From contig CAWDXG010000004.1 of the NCBI GenBank assembly GCA_963806225.1, positions 2,688,001 to 2,752,000 of the forward strand: a stretch of DNA of 64,000 nucleotides. Direction: 5' to 3'. Source of the stretch: an uncultured delta proteobacterium (GTDB lineage: Bacteria > Myxococcota_A > Polyangia > Polyangiales > Polyangiaceae). How positions within the stretch are numbered: position 1 is the stretch's first letter; each line of letters begins with the position of its first letter. This document shows, piece by piece, positions 41,216 through 50,898 of the stretch. The translations under genes and the position numbers were made by a program. Under the pieces are notes generated by a model that did no database searches, had not been told where the DNA came from, and worked only from the letters and a program-made list of their open reading frames with translations.

Positions 41216-41734
41216 ATGGCCGAAACCCACATCGAGCACGTCTTCAACTGCACCGAGGATACCTTCTGGGAGAAGGTCTTCTGGGACGACGAGTACAACG
41301 ACCGGATGTTCAGCGAGGCGCTGAAGTTCCCCGTCCACGACCGCGTGCGCCAGGACGACAAGGGCGACACCATCGAGCGGGTGATCGACGTGGTACCGAA
41401 GCTCGGCGACATGCCGGCGGCGCTGAAGAAGGTGATCGGAGAGGGCGTCGGCTACCGGGAGGACGGCGTCTTCGACAAGAAGACCCGTCACTTCAAGGTC
41501 AAGATCACGCCCAACAAGCTGACCGACAAGCTGACCATCACCGGCGAATTCTTCACCGAGCCCGCCGGCGAGGGGAAGTGCAAGCGAGTCTTCAACTGCA
41601 CGGCGGTCGCGAAGATCTTCGGCGTCGGCGGGATGCTGGAAAAGCGCATCATGGCCGACATGGAGCAGAGTTACGCCACCGCCGCGAAGTTCACGAACGA
41701 GTGGCTGAAGGAGAAGGGGCTCGAAGGCAAATAG
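41216..41734 (+). CDS. DUF2505-like (START-fold) protein
   Basis: HIEHVFNCTEDTFWEKVFWD..KIFGVGGMLEKRI. Confidence 0.75.
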   Translation: MAETHIEHVFNCTEDTFWEKVFWDDEYNDRMFSEALKFPVHDRVRQDDKGDTIERVIDVVPKLGDMPAALKKVIGEGVGYREDGVFDKKTRHFKVKITPNKLTDKLTITGEFFTEPAGEGKCKRVFNCTAVAKIFGVGGMLEKRIMADMEQSYATAAKFTNEWLKEKGLEGK

Positions 41735-41745
41735 GCCCCTGACGA

Positions 41746-41848
41746 GGGCGCAGCGAAGCGAGCCCGCGCCGAGCGCAGCGAATCGCGTCAGGGGGGCGCG
41801 GGGGCAAAGCCTCCCGCGAGGACTACGGCGGGGGTAGGCGTAGGGGTG
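41746..41848. repeat. Diverged copy of the 111 bp REP-like hairpin element; forms the intron 3' flank
   Basis: GGCGCAGCGAAGCGAGCCCGCGCCGAGCGCAGCGA...GAGGACTACGGCGGGGGT is shared with 43504-43614 and 43764-43874. Confidence 0.8.
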
Positions 41849-43339
41849 GTCGCGGTAGGGACGGCCCTCGTCGGGCCGCCCCCGCACAGAACCCGGCGAG
41901 CGGATTTCCCGCACCGGGCTCCCACCTTGGGTCAACGGGCCGCGAAGCGCATCTCGGGCCAGGGATGACGGATAGCGGGCTTCGGAAGCGGGAAGCGTTT
42001 CTCGAAACGCTTCTTCTTCGCCACGGACCAGTACCTGCCTTTCTGGCTACGGCGCTGCAACTGCCGCAGCCAGGCATCACCGATGTGGCGCCGGAAGCGC
42101 TTCAGGACGCGCTCGTTCGTGGGAACACCAAAGTACTGGTAGTGCCCACGCAGCACGGACGAGAGCCACTTGTGCGTTACACGCGCGTCCTCGTGCCGCC
42201 GCCGTCGCAGCTCCTGGTAGAGTTCCGATAGCGTTCGCTGCCGCTTCTTCCGCGAGGTGAGGCGTTGCAGCTGGAACCAACCGCGTTTCCCGTCCCTACC
42301 CGCCACGTGCGTGAAGCCGAGGAAATCGAAGCTCTCGACCTTCAGGCCGAGCTTCGCGCTCCTCTCGCGCGCGTAGCGACCAAAACGCAGGATGCGCGTC
42401 TTGTCCGGATGCAGCTCCAGGCCGAAGGCAGACAGGCGCCGCTCGAGAGCAGCGCGCATCATCTTCGCATCCCGGCCGTCCTCGAGGGCCATCACGAAGT
42501 CGTCCGCGTATCGCACGAGGTAGATACCCCGCGTGCTCCGCTTCCGGGCTGATGATGCCCCCCTGCGGCGTCCCTTCCTGCATTGCGTGCAGCTTGCCTT
42601 CCACCATCACGCCTGCCGCGAGCCACTTCATCAGCAGTCGCACCAGGCGCTTGTCCGCAATCCGGTGCTCGATGAACTTCTTCATCCATCCATGGTCGAT
42701 GGTGTCGAAGAAGCTGCGGATGTCCGCGTCGAGCACCCAGTCCGTCCGCTTCTTGATGATGACCGTCGCGAGCGCGTCCAGGGCGTCGTGCGGCGACCGC
42801 CTGGGGCGGAAGCCGTACGAGAAACCCAGAAACGCTCGTTCGTAGATGGGCTCCAGGATCATGCGCACGGCCTGCTGCACGATCTTGTCCTCCAGAGCCG
42901 GAACTCCGATCGGCCGCTGCCGCCCATCCGGGTTCGGGATATGCACCCGTCGCACGGGAAGCGGGTGGTAGCTGCCGCGGTGGATCCGGTCCTGCAGGTC
43001 CGCGAGGCGAGCTTCGAGATGCTGGCCGTACTCGCTCCACGTGACCCCATCCACCCCGGCTGCCGCTTTCTTCTTCAGGCGTCGATACGCCTGCGCCAGA
43101 AGCGGCCCTGGGTCCGGAGCGCGTTTCGTGGTGCGGGTTTTCCCTTGGCCTCGCCCCTTCCCTCCATCGACTCGGCGGGCGTTACCCGCGCCTTCGCCGA
43201 TTTCACCGGTACTATGGGCTCGTCCGACTCCCCGGAAGCTTGCGACCGCGGCTTGTGGATTCTCCCTTCCCGCGGCTGCCTGACGCCCGCCATGGTGGAC
43301 GACGAGGCGCTTCCGGGGTCTCCCGGTTCCCTTGCAGAG
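41849..43339 (-). mobile_element. Group II intron, 5'-truncated and internally deleted (no endonuclease domain; bacterial class D/E-like)
   Basis: Domain V GAGCCCGGTGCGGGAAATCCGCTCGCCGGGTTC (41921-41889); domain VI ending CCCTACCGCGAC at 41849; upstream GGGAACCGGGAGACCC..GAGTCGGAC..ATAGTACC..GGAGGGAAGG typical of late domain I to domain III. Confidence 0.9.
41932..43102 (-). pseudogene. ltrA: Group II intron reverse transcriptase/maturase lacking its start and part of RT4
   Basis: AAAGVDG, RPIGVPALEDKIVQ, SYGFRP, DADIRSFFDTIDH, GTPQGGIISP then a frame break at about 42545 directly into ..IYLVRYADDF, LHPDKT, FDFLGF, RRSQ, HPWP. Confidence 0.88.
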
Positions 43340-43874
43340 AGGGCAAAGCGAAGCGAGCCCCCGCCCCACGCCGTAGGGCGATGCGAAGCGAGCCCCCCGC
43401 CCATCGCCGTAGGGCAAAGCGAAGCGAGCCCCCCGCCCCACGCCGTAGGGCAAAGCGAAGCGAGCCCCCGCCCCACGCCGTAGGGCGATGCGAAGCGAGC
43501 CCCGGCGCAGCGAAGCAAGCCCGCGCCGAGCGCAGCGAGGCGCGTCGGGGGTCCGGGGGCGGTGAGCCCCCGGCGGAGGACTACGGCGGGGGTGGGCGGG
43601 CGGGACACAAACCATCTCACGCCGCCCATCGCCGTAGGGCAAAGCGAAGCGAGCCCCCGCCCATCGCCGTAGGGCAAAGCGAAGCGAGCCCCCCGCCCCA
43701 CGCCGTAGGGCAAGGCGAAGCGAGCCCCCGCCCATCGCCGTAGGGCAAAGCGAAGCGAGCCCCGGCGCAGCGAAGCAAGCCCGCGCCGAGCGCAGCGAGG
43801 CGCGTCGGGGGTCCGGGGGCGGTGAGCCCCCGGCGGAGGACTACGGCGGGGGTGGGCGGGCGGGACACAAACCA
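43340..43874. repeat. Composite tandem array: 35-36 bp units (4 full + partial, then 3 full + partial), each run ending in an identical 111 bp hairpin block
   Basis: Unit AGGGC(AAA/GAT)GCGAAGCGAGCCCCC(C)GCCC(CA/AT)CGCCGT starting at 43340, 43375, 43411, 43447, 43482, 43636, 43671, 43707, 43742; blocks 43504-43614 and 43764-43874 are 260 bp apart. Confidence 0.95.
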
Positions 43875-43930
43875 ATCCCGCGACGCACACCGACGTGCGC
43901 CGGACCATGACGCCCCTCCGAAGCGCGGAC

Positions 43931-44263
43931 CTAGCTCGCGCGCTTCGCGGCCGCCTGCTGCAGGTCGTACAGGCGCGGCGTCGGATACTTCTCGAGGCGG
44001 GCGCGGTAGCCCTTGTCCTTCGTGCGCTTCTCGCTCGTGAGGATCGCGTCGATGAGCTTGTCGCGGCTGCCGAACTTCTCCTTCACGGCGCTGAGCGTGT
44101 CGTGCAGGCGAAGCAGCTTCGCGTTGGACACGCGGGCGAGACCCTTGGTCTCGTTGACGCGATCGAGCCACAGCTCGTCGGTACCGAGCTTCTCCACGGC
44201 GGCGACCAGCTTCTGCTTGTCTCCGTACTTCTCGTTGACCACGCTGAGCGGCGACTTCTTCAT
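43931..44263 (-). CDS. Small basic hypothetical protein (110 aa)
   Basis: GGGAG RBS; MKKSPL..SNAKLLRL..VKEKFGSRDKL with an internal repeat (EKYGDKQKL / EKFGSRDKL). Confidence 0.75.
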   Translation of the reverse strand: MKKSPLSVVNEKYGDKQKLVAAVEKLGTDELWLDRVNETKGLARVSNAKLLRLHDTLSAVKEKFGSRDKLIDAILTSEKRTKDKGYRARLEKYPTPRLYDLQQAAAKRAS

Positions 44264-44494
44264 CGTTCGGCTCCCACCGGGCACGCCGGAATAGGGGGCG
44301 GCTTTCTAGCAATCCAGCCGGGGCAGCGCAACCACCAAGCGGCCGCGAGCCCCGGGAACGCGGCCAGAACGCGCCCGACGCCGTTCCGATCCCAACAAGC
44401 TCCATGATTCCGGCGGCTTCTGCCCCGGGCCCTGACTCTGCCCGGCACGCGCCGCGCGTGACTCGGCGCAGGCTGCGTGGTACGCGGCGGCGCC

Positions 44495-45939
44495 ATGGTC
44501 GCCCCCAGAGTGCGTTTTGCCCCCTCCCCGAGCGGCTACCTGCACATCGGAGGCGCCCGCACAGCGCTCTTCAGCTGGCTCTGGGCGAAAAGCCAGGGCG
44601 GAAGCTTCATCGTCCGGGTCGAGGACACCGATCAGGAGCGCTCCAGCCTGGAGAGCGTGCGCGCCATCCTCGACGCGCTGAAGTGGCTCGGCCTCGACTG
44701 GGACGAGGGCCCCGAGGTCGGCGGCGATCACGGGCCCTACTTCCAGAGCGAGCGCAAGGCGCTCTACCGCGAGGCGGTCGAACAGCTGATCCGCGAGGGG
44801 CATGCGTACCGCTGCTACTGCACCAAGGAAGAGCTGGACCGTCAGCGCGCCGCGCTCAAGGCGCGCGACCCGAAGGCGCAGTTCGTCTATCCGGGCACCT
44901 GCCGCGATCGCAAGGACCAGCCCGACCTGCCGCACGTGGTCCGCTTCAAGTCCCCGCGCGCCGGCAGCGACGGAGTTCGCCGACAAGGTCTTCGGCGCGA
45001 TCAGCACGCCGAACGACACGCTGCAGGACTTCGTGATGGTCCGCACCGACGGCTACCCGCTGTACAACCTGGCGTGTGTCGTCGACGACCACCAGATGGG
45101 CATCAACCTCGTCACGCGCGGCCGCGATCACATCGGCAACACGCCGCAGCAGCTCCTCATCTACCGCGCCTTCGGCTGGGAACCGCCGGAGTTCGCGCAC
45201 CTGCCGATGATGCTGAGCCCGAAGGGCGACAAGCTCAGCAAGCGCAACGCGGACGTGGGTGTGCAGGACTACAGAAAGCGCGGCTACACACCCATGGGCG
45301 TCCTGAACTACCTGGTGCGCTTCGGCTGGTCCTACGGCGACCAGGAGATCTTCAGCTGCGACGAGCTGGTAAAGCTCTTCGGCTGGGACCGCGTGAGCCG
45401 CGCCGACGGCAAGTTCGACGACAAGAAGTTCGCGGACGTGGCGTTCGAGCACCTCAAGCGCCCCGAGCTGACCGGCGACGACGAGTACGTGGCCTGGGTC
45501 GTGCCGTTCCTCGCCGAGCGCGGCCTCGGCGGATCCCGACGAAACCCTGCTGCGCGCCGCGCTGCCGCTGATCCGCGAGCGCGCCCGCACGCTGGTGGAT
45601 GCCGCCCACGCGCTCGACTACTTCTTCCGCGACCCGCCGGAGCTCGACGAAAAGGCGAAGACAAAGTTCCTGACCCCCGCCAGCGCGCCGCACCTCGACG
45701 CGCTCGCTCGAGCGTGTTCCGTAGCGCCGAGCACTGGGACGCCCGAGGCGCTGGAGGCCATACTCCGCAGCTACGTCGAGGAGCACGAGCTGAAGATGAA
45801 AGAAGTGGCGCAGCCCGCGCGCGTCGCGCTCACCGGCCGCACCGCGAGCCCGCCGCTGTTCGACGTGATGGTCGTGATAGGACGCGAGCGCTCGCTTTCG
45901 CGACTGGAAAGCGCCGCACGCATCGCCCAGGACGGCTAG
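44495..45939 (+). CDS. gltX: Glutamate--tRNA ligase; several frameshifts
   Basis: [47 protein letters not shown]...SPPLF across three frames. Confidence 0.95.
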
Positions 45940-45944
45940 GCAAG

Positions 45945-46949
45945 ATGCACGGCTTCGAGGGACTCGCTCCGGCATTCGCCCACGTTGCCGCGCACGCACG
46001 CCCGAAGCTCGAGCTGCCGCTCACGCGCCTGCACGAGACTGACCTCTTCGACGCCTTCATCGGCTACCCGCCGGTCAAGGCGCTGTTGCCGGTGCCCATC
46101 CTGGCCGCGATCGCGCCGGCCCTGTGGTGGTTCTTCCGCGACACGTGGAAGCGGCTGGACGTGGAGGCCGCCGAGTACCGCCAGAAGCTCGTCGCCGAGA
46201 AGAAGTTCGACTTCCGCCCCATCGCCGTTCTGTGCATCACGGCCGTCGTACTGACGATGCAGGAGTACTACGGCGGCGCCGCCTTCTACAATCACGAGAT
46301 CCGCCCCTGGCTGGCTGATCTGGCGGCGCACGGCAGCCACTGGATCAAGATGGCGAAGTACGACGAGTACTACAGCTTCTGCTGGTGGTCGGCCGCGCGC
46401 GTCATCGGCTATGTGCTGATCCCGTTCCCGATCTGGAAGCTCCTGTTCCCGAAGGACAGCCTCCTCGACATGGGCTTCCGGACGAAGGGCTTCTTCAGCC
46501 ACATCTGGATCTACGGCGTGTGCCTGGCCTTCGTGATCCCGGCCATGCTGCTGGTGTCGCGCCAACCCGATTTCGGCAGCTACTACCCCTTCTACAAGAA
46601 CGCTTCGCGCAGCTGGTTCGATCTGATCCTGTGGGAGGCGATCTACTTCGCGCAGTTCCTGTCGCTGGAGATGTTCTTCCGCGGCTGGATCGTCGGCGCG
46701 CTCCGCAAGACCATGGGCTCGGGCGCCATCTTCGCGATGGCCGTGCCGTACTGCATGATCCACTACGGCAAGCCGTACCTGGAGGCGAACGGCGCGATCG
46801 TGGCCGGCGTGGTGCTCGGCTCGCTGGCGATGCGCACGCGCAGCATCTACGCCGGCTTCCTCGTCCACATCACCGTCGCCTTCAGCATGGACTTCCTGGC
46901 GCTGTCCCACCGCGGCGCGCTGCCCCTGCATTTCTGGGCTCCGGGATAG
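45945..46949 (+). CDS. CPBP (CAAX protease-like) intramembrane glutamic endopeptidase
   Basis: Multiple TM helices; LEMFFRG, IHYGKP, SIYAGFLVH. Confidence 0.82.
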   Translation: MHGFEGLAPAFAHVAAHARPKLELPLTRLHETDLFDAFIGYPPVKALLPVPILAAIAPALWWFFRDTWKRLDVEAAEYRQKLVAEKKFDFRPIAVLCITAVVLTMQEYYGGAAFYNHEIRPWLADLAAHGSHWIKMAKYDEYYSFCWWSAARVIGYVLIPFPIWKLLFPKDSLLDMGFRTKGFFSHIWIYGVCLAFVIPAMLLVSRQPDFGSYYPFYKNASRSWFDLILWEAIYFAQFLSLEMFFRGWIVGALRKTMGSGAIFAMAVPYCMIHYGKPYLEANGAIVAGVVLGSLAMRTRSIYAGFLVHITVAFSMDFLALSHRGALPLHFWAPG

Positions 46950-47129
46950 CGCCGTGCGGAACCCGGAGAGACCAGGCCCCCCGCCGCGCGGCGCCACGAC
47001 GCAGCAGGAATGTCCCCTCCCACGCGACGAAATCCTTGCAGAGCCCGGGTTCTTCGTGCTCGATCGCGCCGTTCGAGCTAGAGCTGCGCCGGCAGGGCTC
47101 CTCGGCGGCCCGGGCCCAGGAGATCAGGA

Positions 47130-49052
47130 TTGAACGACGAAAACGGCAACGGCCACTGGACCGTGTCGAAGGCGCTGAGCCTGTACCAGATCCCCGGTTG
47201 GGGAGCGCCGTACTTCGGTGTCAACCCCGCGGGCCAGGTCGAGGTGCGCCCTGACCCGGAACGGGACGGCGCGATCAACCTCTTCGACCTGACCGAGGAG
47301 CTGAAGACGCGCGGGCTCGATCTGCCGCTCTTGATCCGTTTCTCGGACATCGTCGCGCACCGCATCCGGCGCATCAACGAGTGCTTCCAGAAGGCGATCG
47401 CGGAATACGAGTACGCGGGCGGCTACCGCGGCGTGTTCCCGGTCAAGGTCAACCAGCAGCGGCACCTGGTCGAAGAGGTCGTGGAGTTCGGGCGCCGACT
47501 GGGGCTTCGGGCTGGAGGCGGGCTCCAAGCCGGAGCTCTTGATCGCCCTGGCCGTCGATGCAGGACGCCGGCGGTCTCATCATCTGCAACGGCTACAAGG
47601 ACCAGAAGTACATCGAGACGGCGCTGGTCGCGCAGAAGTTCGACAAGAACGTGATCGTCGTGCTCGAGCGACTGGAGGAGCTCACGCACGTCATCGCCGC
47701 GCAGGAGAAGCTCGGCATCCGTCCGATGCTCGGCGTGCGCGCCAAGCTCACGGCCAAGGGCGTCGGGCGCTGGGCGGATTCAGCGGGCGACCGCGCCAAG
47801 TTCGGACTGACCACGGCCGAGGTCGTGGAGCTCGTCGATCGAGCTCGCCAAGCGCGACATGCTCGACTGCCTCCAGCTCCTGCACTTCCACATCGGCAGC
47901 CAGATCTCCAGCATCATTCCCATCAAGAACGCGATGCAGGAGGCGAGCAACATCTACGTCGAGCTCGCCAAGATGGGCTGCCGCATGGGCTACCTCGACG
48001 TCGGCGGCGGCCTGGCCATCGACTACGACGGCTCGAAGACCGACTTCCACGCCAGCAAGAACTACACGCTGCAGGAGTACGCCTCGGACGTCGTCGGGCA
48101 CATCCAGAGCGCCTGCGCCAAGGCCGAGGTGCCGGTCCCGACCATCGTCAGCGAAAGCGGACGCGCGATCGCCGCCCACCACTCGGTGCTGGTGTTCGAG
48201 GTGGTGGGCGAAGAACGAGGTGCGCTTCGGCGAGCCCGCGGAGCCGAAACCGGACGCGCACCGGCTGCTCCGCGAGCTCTACGAGACGTACCGCGGCGTC
48301 GCGCCGAAGAACGTGCAGGAGAGCTTCCACGACGCCAGCCAGGCGAAGGAAGAGGCGCAGAGCCTGTTCAAGTACGGCTACGTGACACTGCGCGAGCGCG
48401 CCCAGGCGGAGCGGCTGTACTGGCACGTGTGCGAGAAGATCCAGGACACGCTGCAGGCGCGTGAAGTTCGTGCCGGAGGAGCTGTACGGCCTCGAGCGCA
48501 CGATGAGCGCCATCTACTACTGCAACTTCAGCCTGTTCCAGTCGGCGCCCGACATCTGGGCCATCGACCAGCTGTTCCCGATCATGCCCATCCATCGGCT
48601 CGACGAGGAGCCTGAAGTCACCGCGACGCTGGCCGACCTGACCTGCGACAGCGACGGCATGATCGATCACTTCATCGACGTCGAGGACGTGCGCCGCACC
48701 ATCGACGTGCACACCCTGAGCCCCGAGGAGCCCTACTACATGGGCATGTTCCTGAACGGCGCCTACCAGGAGATCCTCGGCGATCTGCACAACCTGTTCG
48801 GCGACACCAACGCCGTCCACGTGCGCCTCAACGATGGCGGCTACCAGATCCGCCACGTGATCAAGGGCGACAGCGTCTCGGAAGTGCTGCGCTACGTGCA
48901 GTACGTACCGGAGAACATGATCGAAGCGGTGCGCCACCAGGCCGAGCGCGCCGTCATCGCGCGGCAAGCTGACCAACGCGCAGATGCGCACGCTGATGCA
49001 GCACTACGAACAGGCGCTGCGCTCCTACACCTACCTCACCGACGACGACTAA
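47130..49052 (+). CDS. speA: Biosynthetic arginine decarboxylase; several frameshifts
   Basis: LYQIPGWGAPYF, FPVKVNQ, ICNGYKD, KFGL, HFHIGSQI, DVGGGL, ESGRA, NFSLFQS.PD.WAIDQLFP, DLTCDSDG, GAYQEILGDLHNLFGDT; ends YTYLTDDD*. Confidence 0.95.
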
Positions 49053-49088
49053 TCGGCCAAGCGTCGACGAGTTGGGCGAGTAGAGAGA

Positions 49089-49221
49089 TCACACGAAGGC
49101 CGAAGGACCGAAGGCGCTCTCCACGGATCAGCCGACGGCCGTTTTTTTGGGGGTCGAGCGTTGCGGTGGCGGGGGGCCGGCGCGCCCCCCAAAAACCTTC
49201 GGCCCTTCTGCCTTCGTGTGA
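49089..49221. repeat. REPIN/MITE-like element with 26 bp terminal inverted repeats built on a CGAAGG core
   Basis: TCACACGAAGGCCGAAGGACCGAAGG ... CCTTCGGCCCTTCTGCCTTCGTGTGA (2 mismatches); inner TTTTTGGGGG / CCCCCAAAAA pair; lies between convergent genes. Confidence 0.75.
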
Positions 49222-49256
49222 ACCTCTGGATCGCTCCGCGACGTTCCTGACGCGGG

Positions 49257-49874
49257 TCACTTCGCCATCGGGCGCTCTTCGGGGGCGCGATCGATGCGGA
49301 TGCACAGGTGGCTCGGCTTGTCCTTGTAGGTGCCGTAGCACCAGCCGTCGATCACCACCTGCATCGCTGCGATGTGCTTCGGCTCGCTCTTCTTCTTGAA
49401 GCCGAGGTTCAGCGTCTTCGTCTCGTGGGGCTTGAAGGTGAAGTTGCTGCCGTTGATGCGCGACGACTTGTAGGTCCTGTCCCGGATCTCCGCGGACAGC
49501 TGCTTGCCGCTCTTGTCGTAGTAGTAGATGGCGGCGCTCGCCCAGTGGATGTCCTTGTCGCTGGTGTTCGTGATCTCGAACTCCGGCGACTTGAAGAACT
49601 TGCTGTACTTGCCCGTGGACTTGATTGAAAAGGGCGGCTTCAGGTCAGTACCCTTGCAATCGCACATGTGGAAGAAAGAGCCGTCGCCGCCTTTGCAGCC
49701 GAGCGGCTCGCACTTGTTGGCGGGCGCGGCGGATGCCGATAGCTGGGCGAGCGCGACGGACGCGGAGGGCGTGGCGGATGCGGCCGGCGCGGCGTTCGGC
49801 TTGTCGCCTTTGCAGGCGGGCACGGCGAGCAGTGCGAACGCGGCGGCGAACGCGACGCAGTGGATAGTCGTCAT
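49257..49874 (-). CDS. Putative lipoprotein
   Basis: MTTIHCVAFAAAFALLAVPAC lipobox, Ala/Ser linker, beta-rich C-terminal domain. Confidence 0.7.
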   Translation of the reverse strand: MTTIHCVAFAAAFALLAVPACKGDKPNAAPAASATPSASVALAQLSASAAPANKCEPLGCKGGDGSFFHMCDCKGTDLKPPFSIKSTGKYSKFFKSPEFEITNTSDKDIHWASAAIYYYDKSGKQLSAEIRDRTYKSSRINGSNFTFKPHETKTLNLGFKKKSEPKHIAAMQVVIDGWCYGTYKDKPSHLCIRIDRAPEERPMAK

Positions 49875-49974
49875 GGATGCCTTCCCTGTGTCGGTAACCG
49901 AGCAGCGTCCGTCGTACGCGCGGGCTCGCCCGTCCTTCCCGTGGCCGCAGACGGCATGCCGGAGCCCAGGGATA

Positions 49975-50043
49975 TGTGTCAGAACGCCACATGTTCTGAC
50001 CGATCCTGGGCCATTTTTGTGAGAAACGTGACAAAATGCCACA
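49975..50043. promoter_or_regulatory. Two TGTGnCA-N3-yGCCACA boxes in a divergent promoter region
   Basis: TGTGTCAGAACGCCACA (49975-49991) and CGTGACAAAATGCCACA (50027-50043); same pattern as 5824-5840. Confidence 0.5.
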
Positions 50044-50115
50044 CGGAATAGCCAGGACGCGGCGGAGCGTTTGCTTGTCGGTGCCGTGCGGCGCCCGCTA
50101 CGATCGACTCTGCCT

Positions 50116-50775
50116 ATGTTCTGGAAACCGCGTTCCCGTCGTGCCGCGCGCCTCTCGACCGCCCGCGTGATCGCGGCCGTGGCGGCGCTGGGAGTCGTGA
50201 CGGTGGCGGACGCGAGCCACGCCGACATCTACAAGACGGTCAACAAGAAGACCGGCGTGATCACCTTCTCGAACTCGCCGCGGGGCGCCCACTCCAGACG
50301 GGTGGCGAAGGAGAAGCCGAAGCCGAAGCCGAAGGTGTTCATGCCGAGCGACACCTCGCCGGAGCGCTTCACTCGCTACGACGCCTACATCCACCAGGCA
50401 GCGACGCTCTACCAGATCCCCGAGGCGCTCGTACGCGCGGTGATCAAGGTGGAGAGCGACTTCGATCCGCGCGCGGTCTCGCACGCCAACGCGCACGGCC
50501 TGATGCAGCTCGTGCCGGAGACGGCCGCGCGCATGCAGGTGACGGACGTGTACGACCCGCGGCAGAACATCTTCGGCGGCGTACGCTACCTGCGCGTGCT
50601 GGCCAACCTGTTCAACGGCGATCTGGAGCTGACCATCGCGGCGTACAACGCCGGCGAGAACGCCGTCATCCGCTCGGGCGGGATCCCGCCGTACGAAGAG
50701 ACGCAGGACTACGTGGCCAAGGTCGTCACGTACTACCGCTACTACCGGGCCGCGCGGCTGAACGGACCGCGCTGA
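50116..50775 (+). CDS. Lytic transglycosylase (SLT domain) with an N-terminal DUF4124-like segment
   Basis: ADIYKTV..GVITFSN, AVIKVESDF, GLMQL, AAYNAG, ETQDYV. Confidence 0.92.
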   Translation: MFWKPRSRRAARLSTARVIAAVAALGVVTVADASHADIYKTVNKKTGVITFSNSPRGAHSRRVAKEKPKPKPKVFMPSDTSPERFTRYDAYIHQAATLYQIPEALVRAVIKVESDFDPRAVSHANAHGLMQLVPETAARMQVTDVYDPRQNIFGGVRYLRVLANLFNGDLELTIAAYNAGENAVIRSGGIPPYEETQDYVAKVVTYYRYYRAARLNGPR

Positions 50776-50898
50776 GCGCCGGACAGCGTCGCCCGGGTTG
50801 TGCCAGCGCAGGCTTCCCGGGTGGCACACCGCGGCGGGCATTTCCGCGGGCTTTCCCGCGCCTCTGCCAATGGCCCGCAGTTTGCTTGGCGGCCAGCC

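Noticed and set aside
43340..43874. 35-36 bp repeats as a CRISPR array
   Set aside because: Units are head-to-tail with no unique spacers, and no cas genes are in the window
43875..43890. Minus-strand GTGCG at 43888 as the true intron 5' splice site, with the repeat array inside domain I
   Set aside because: No recognisable domain I sequence follows it, and a 5-mer is expected by chance in GC-rich DNA; cannot be fully excluded without a full-length copy
42296..43908. ORFs 42296..43735, 43075..43908 and 43240..43743 as repeat-containing proteins or an N-terminal RT extension
   Set aside because: They are read-through translations of the non-coding tandem array and intron RNA, which lack stop codons because of high GC
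44802..46949. GltX-CPBP protease fusion (715 aa ORF)
   Set aside because: Artefact of gltX frameshifts; gltX ends at 45939 in another frame and the protease has its own ATG at 45945
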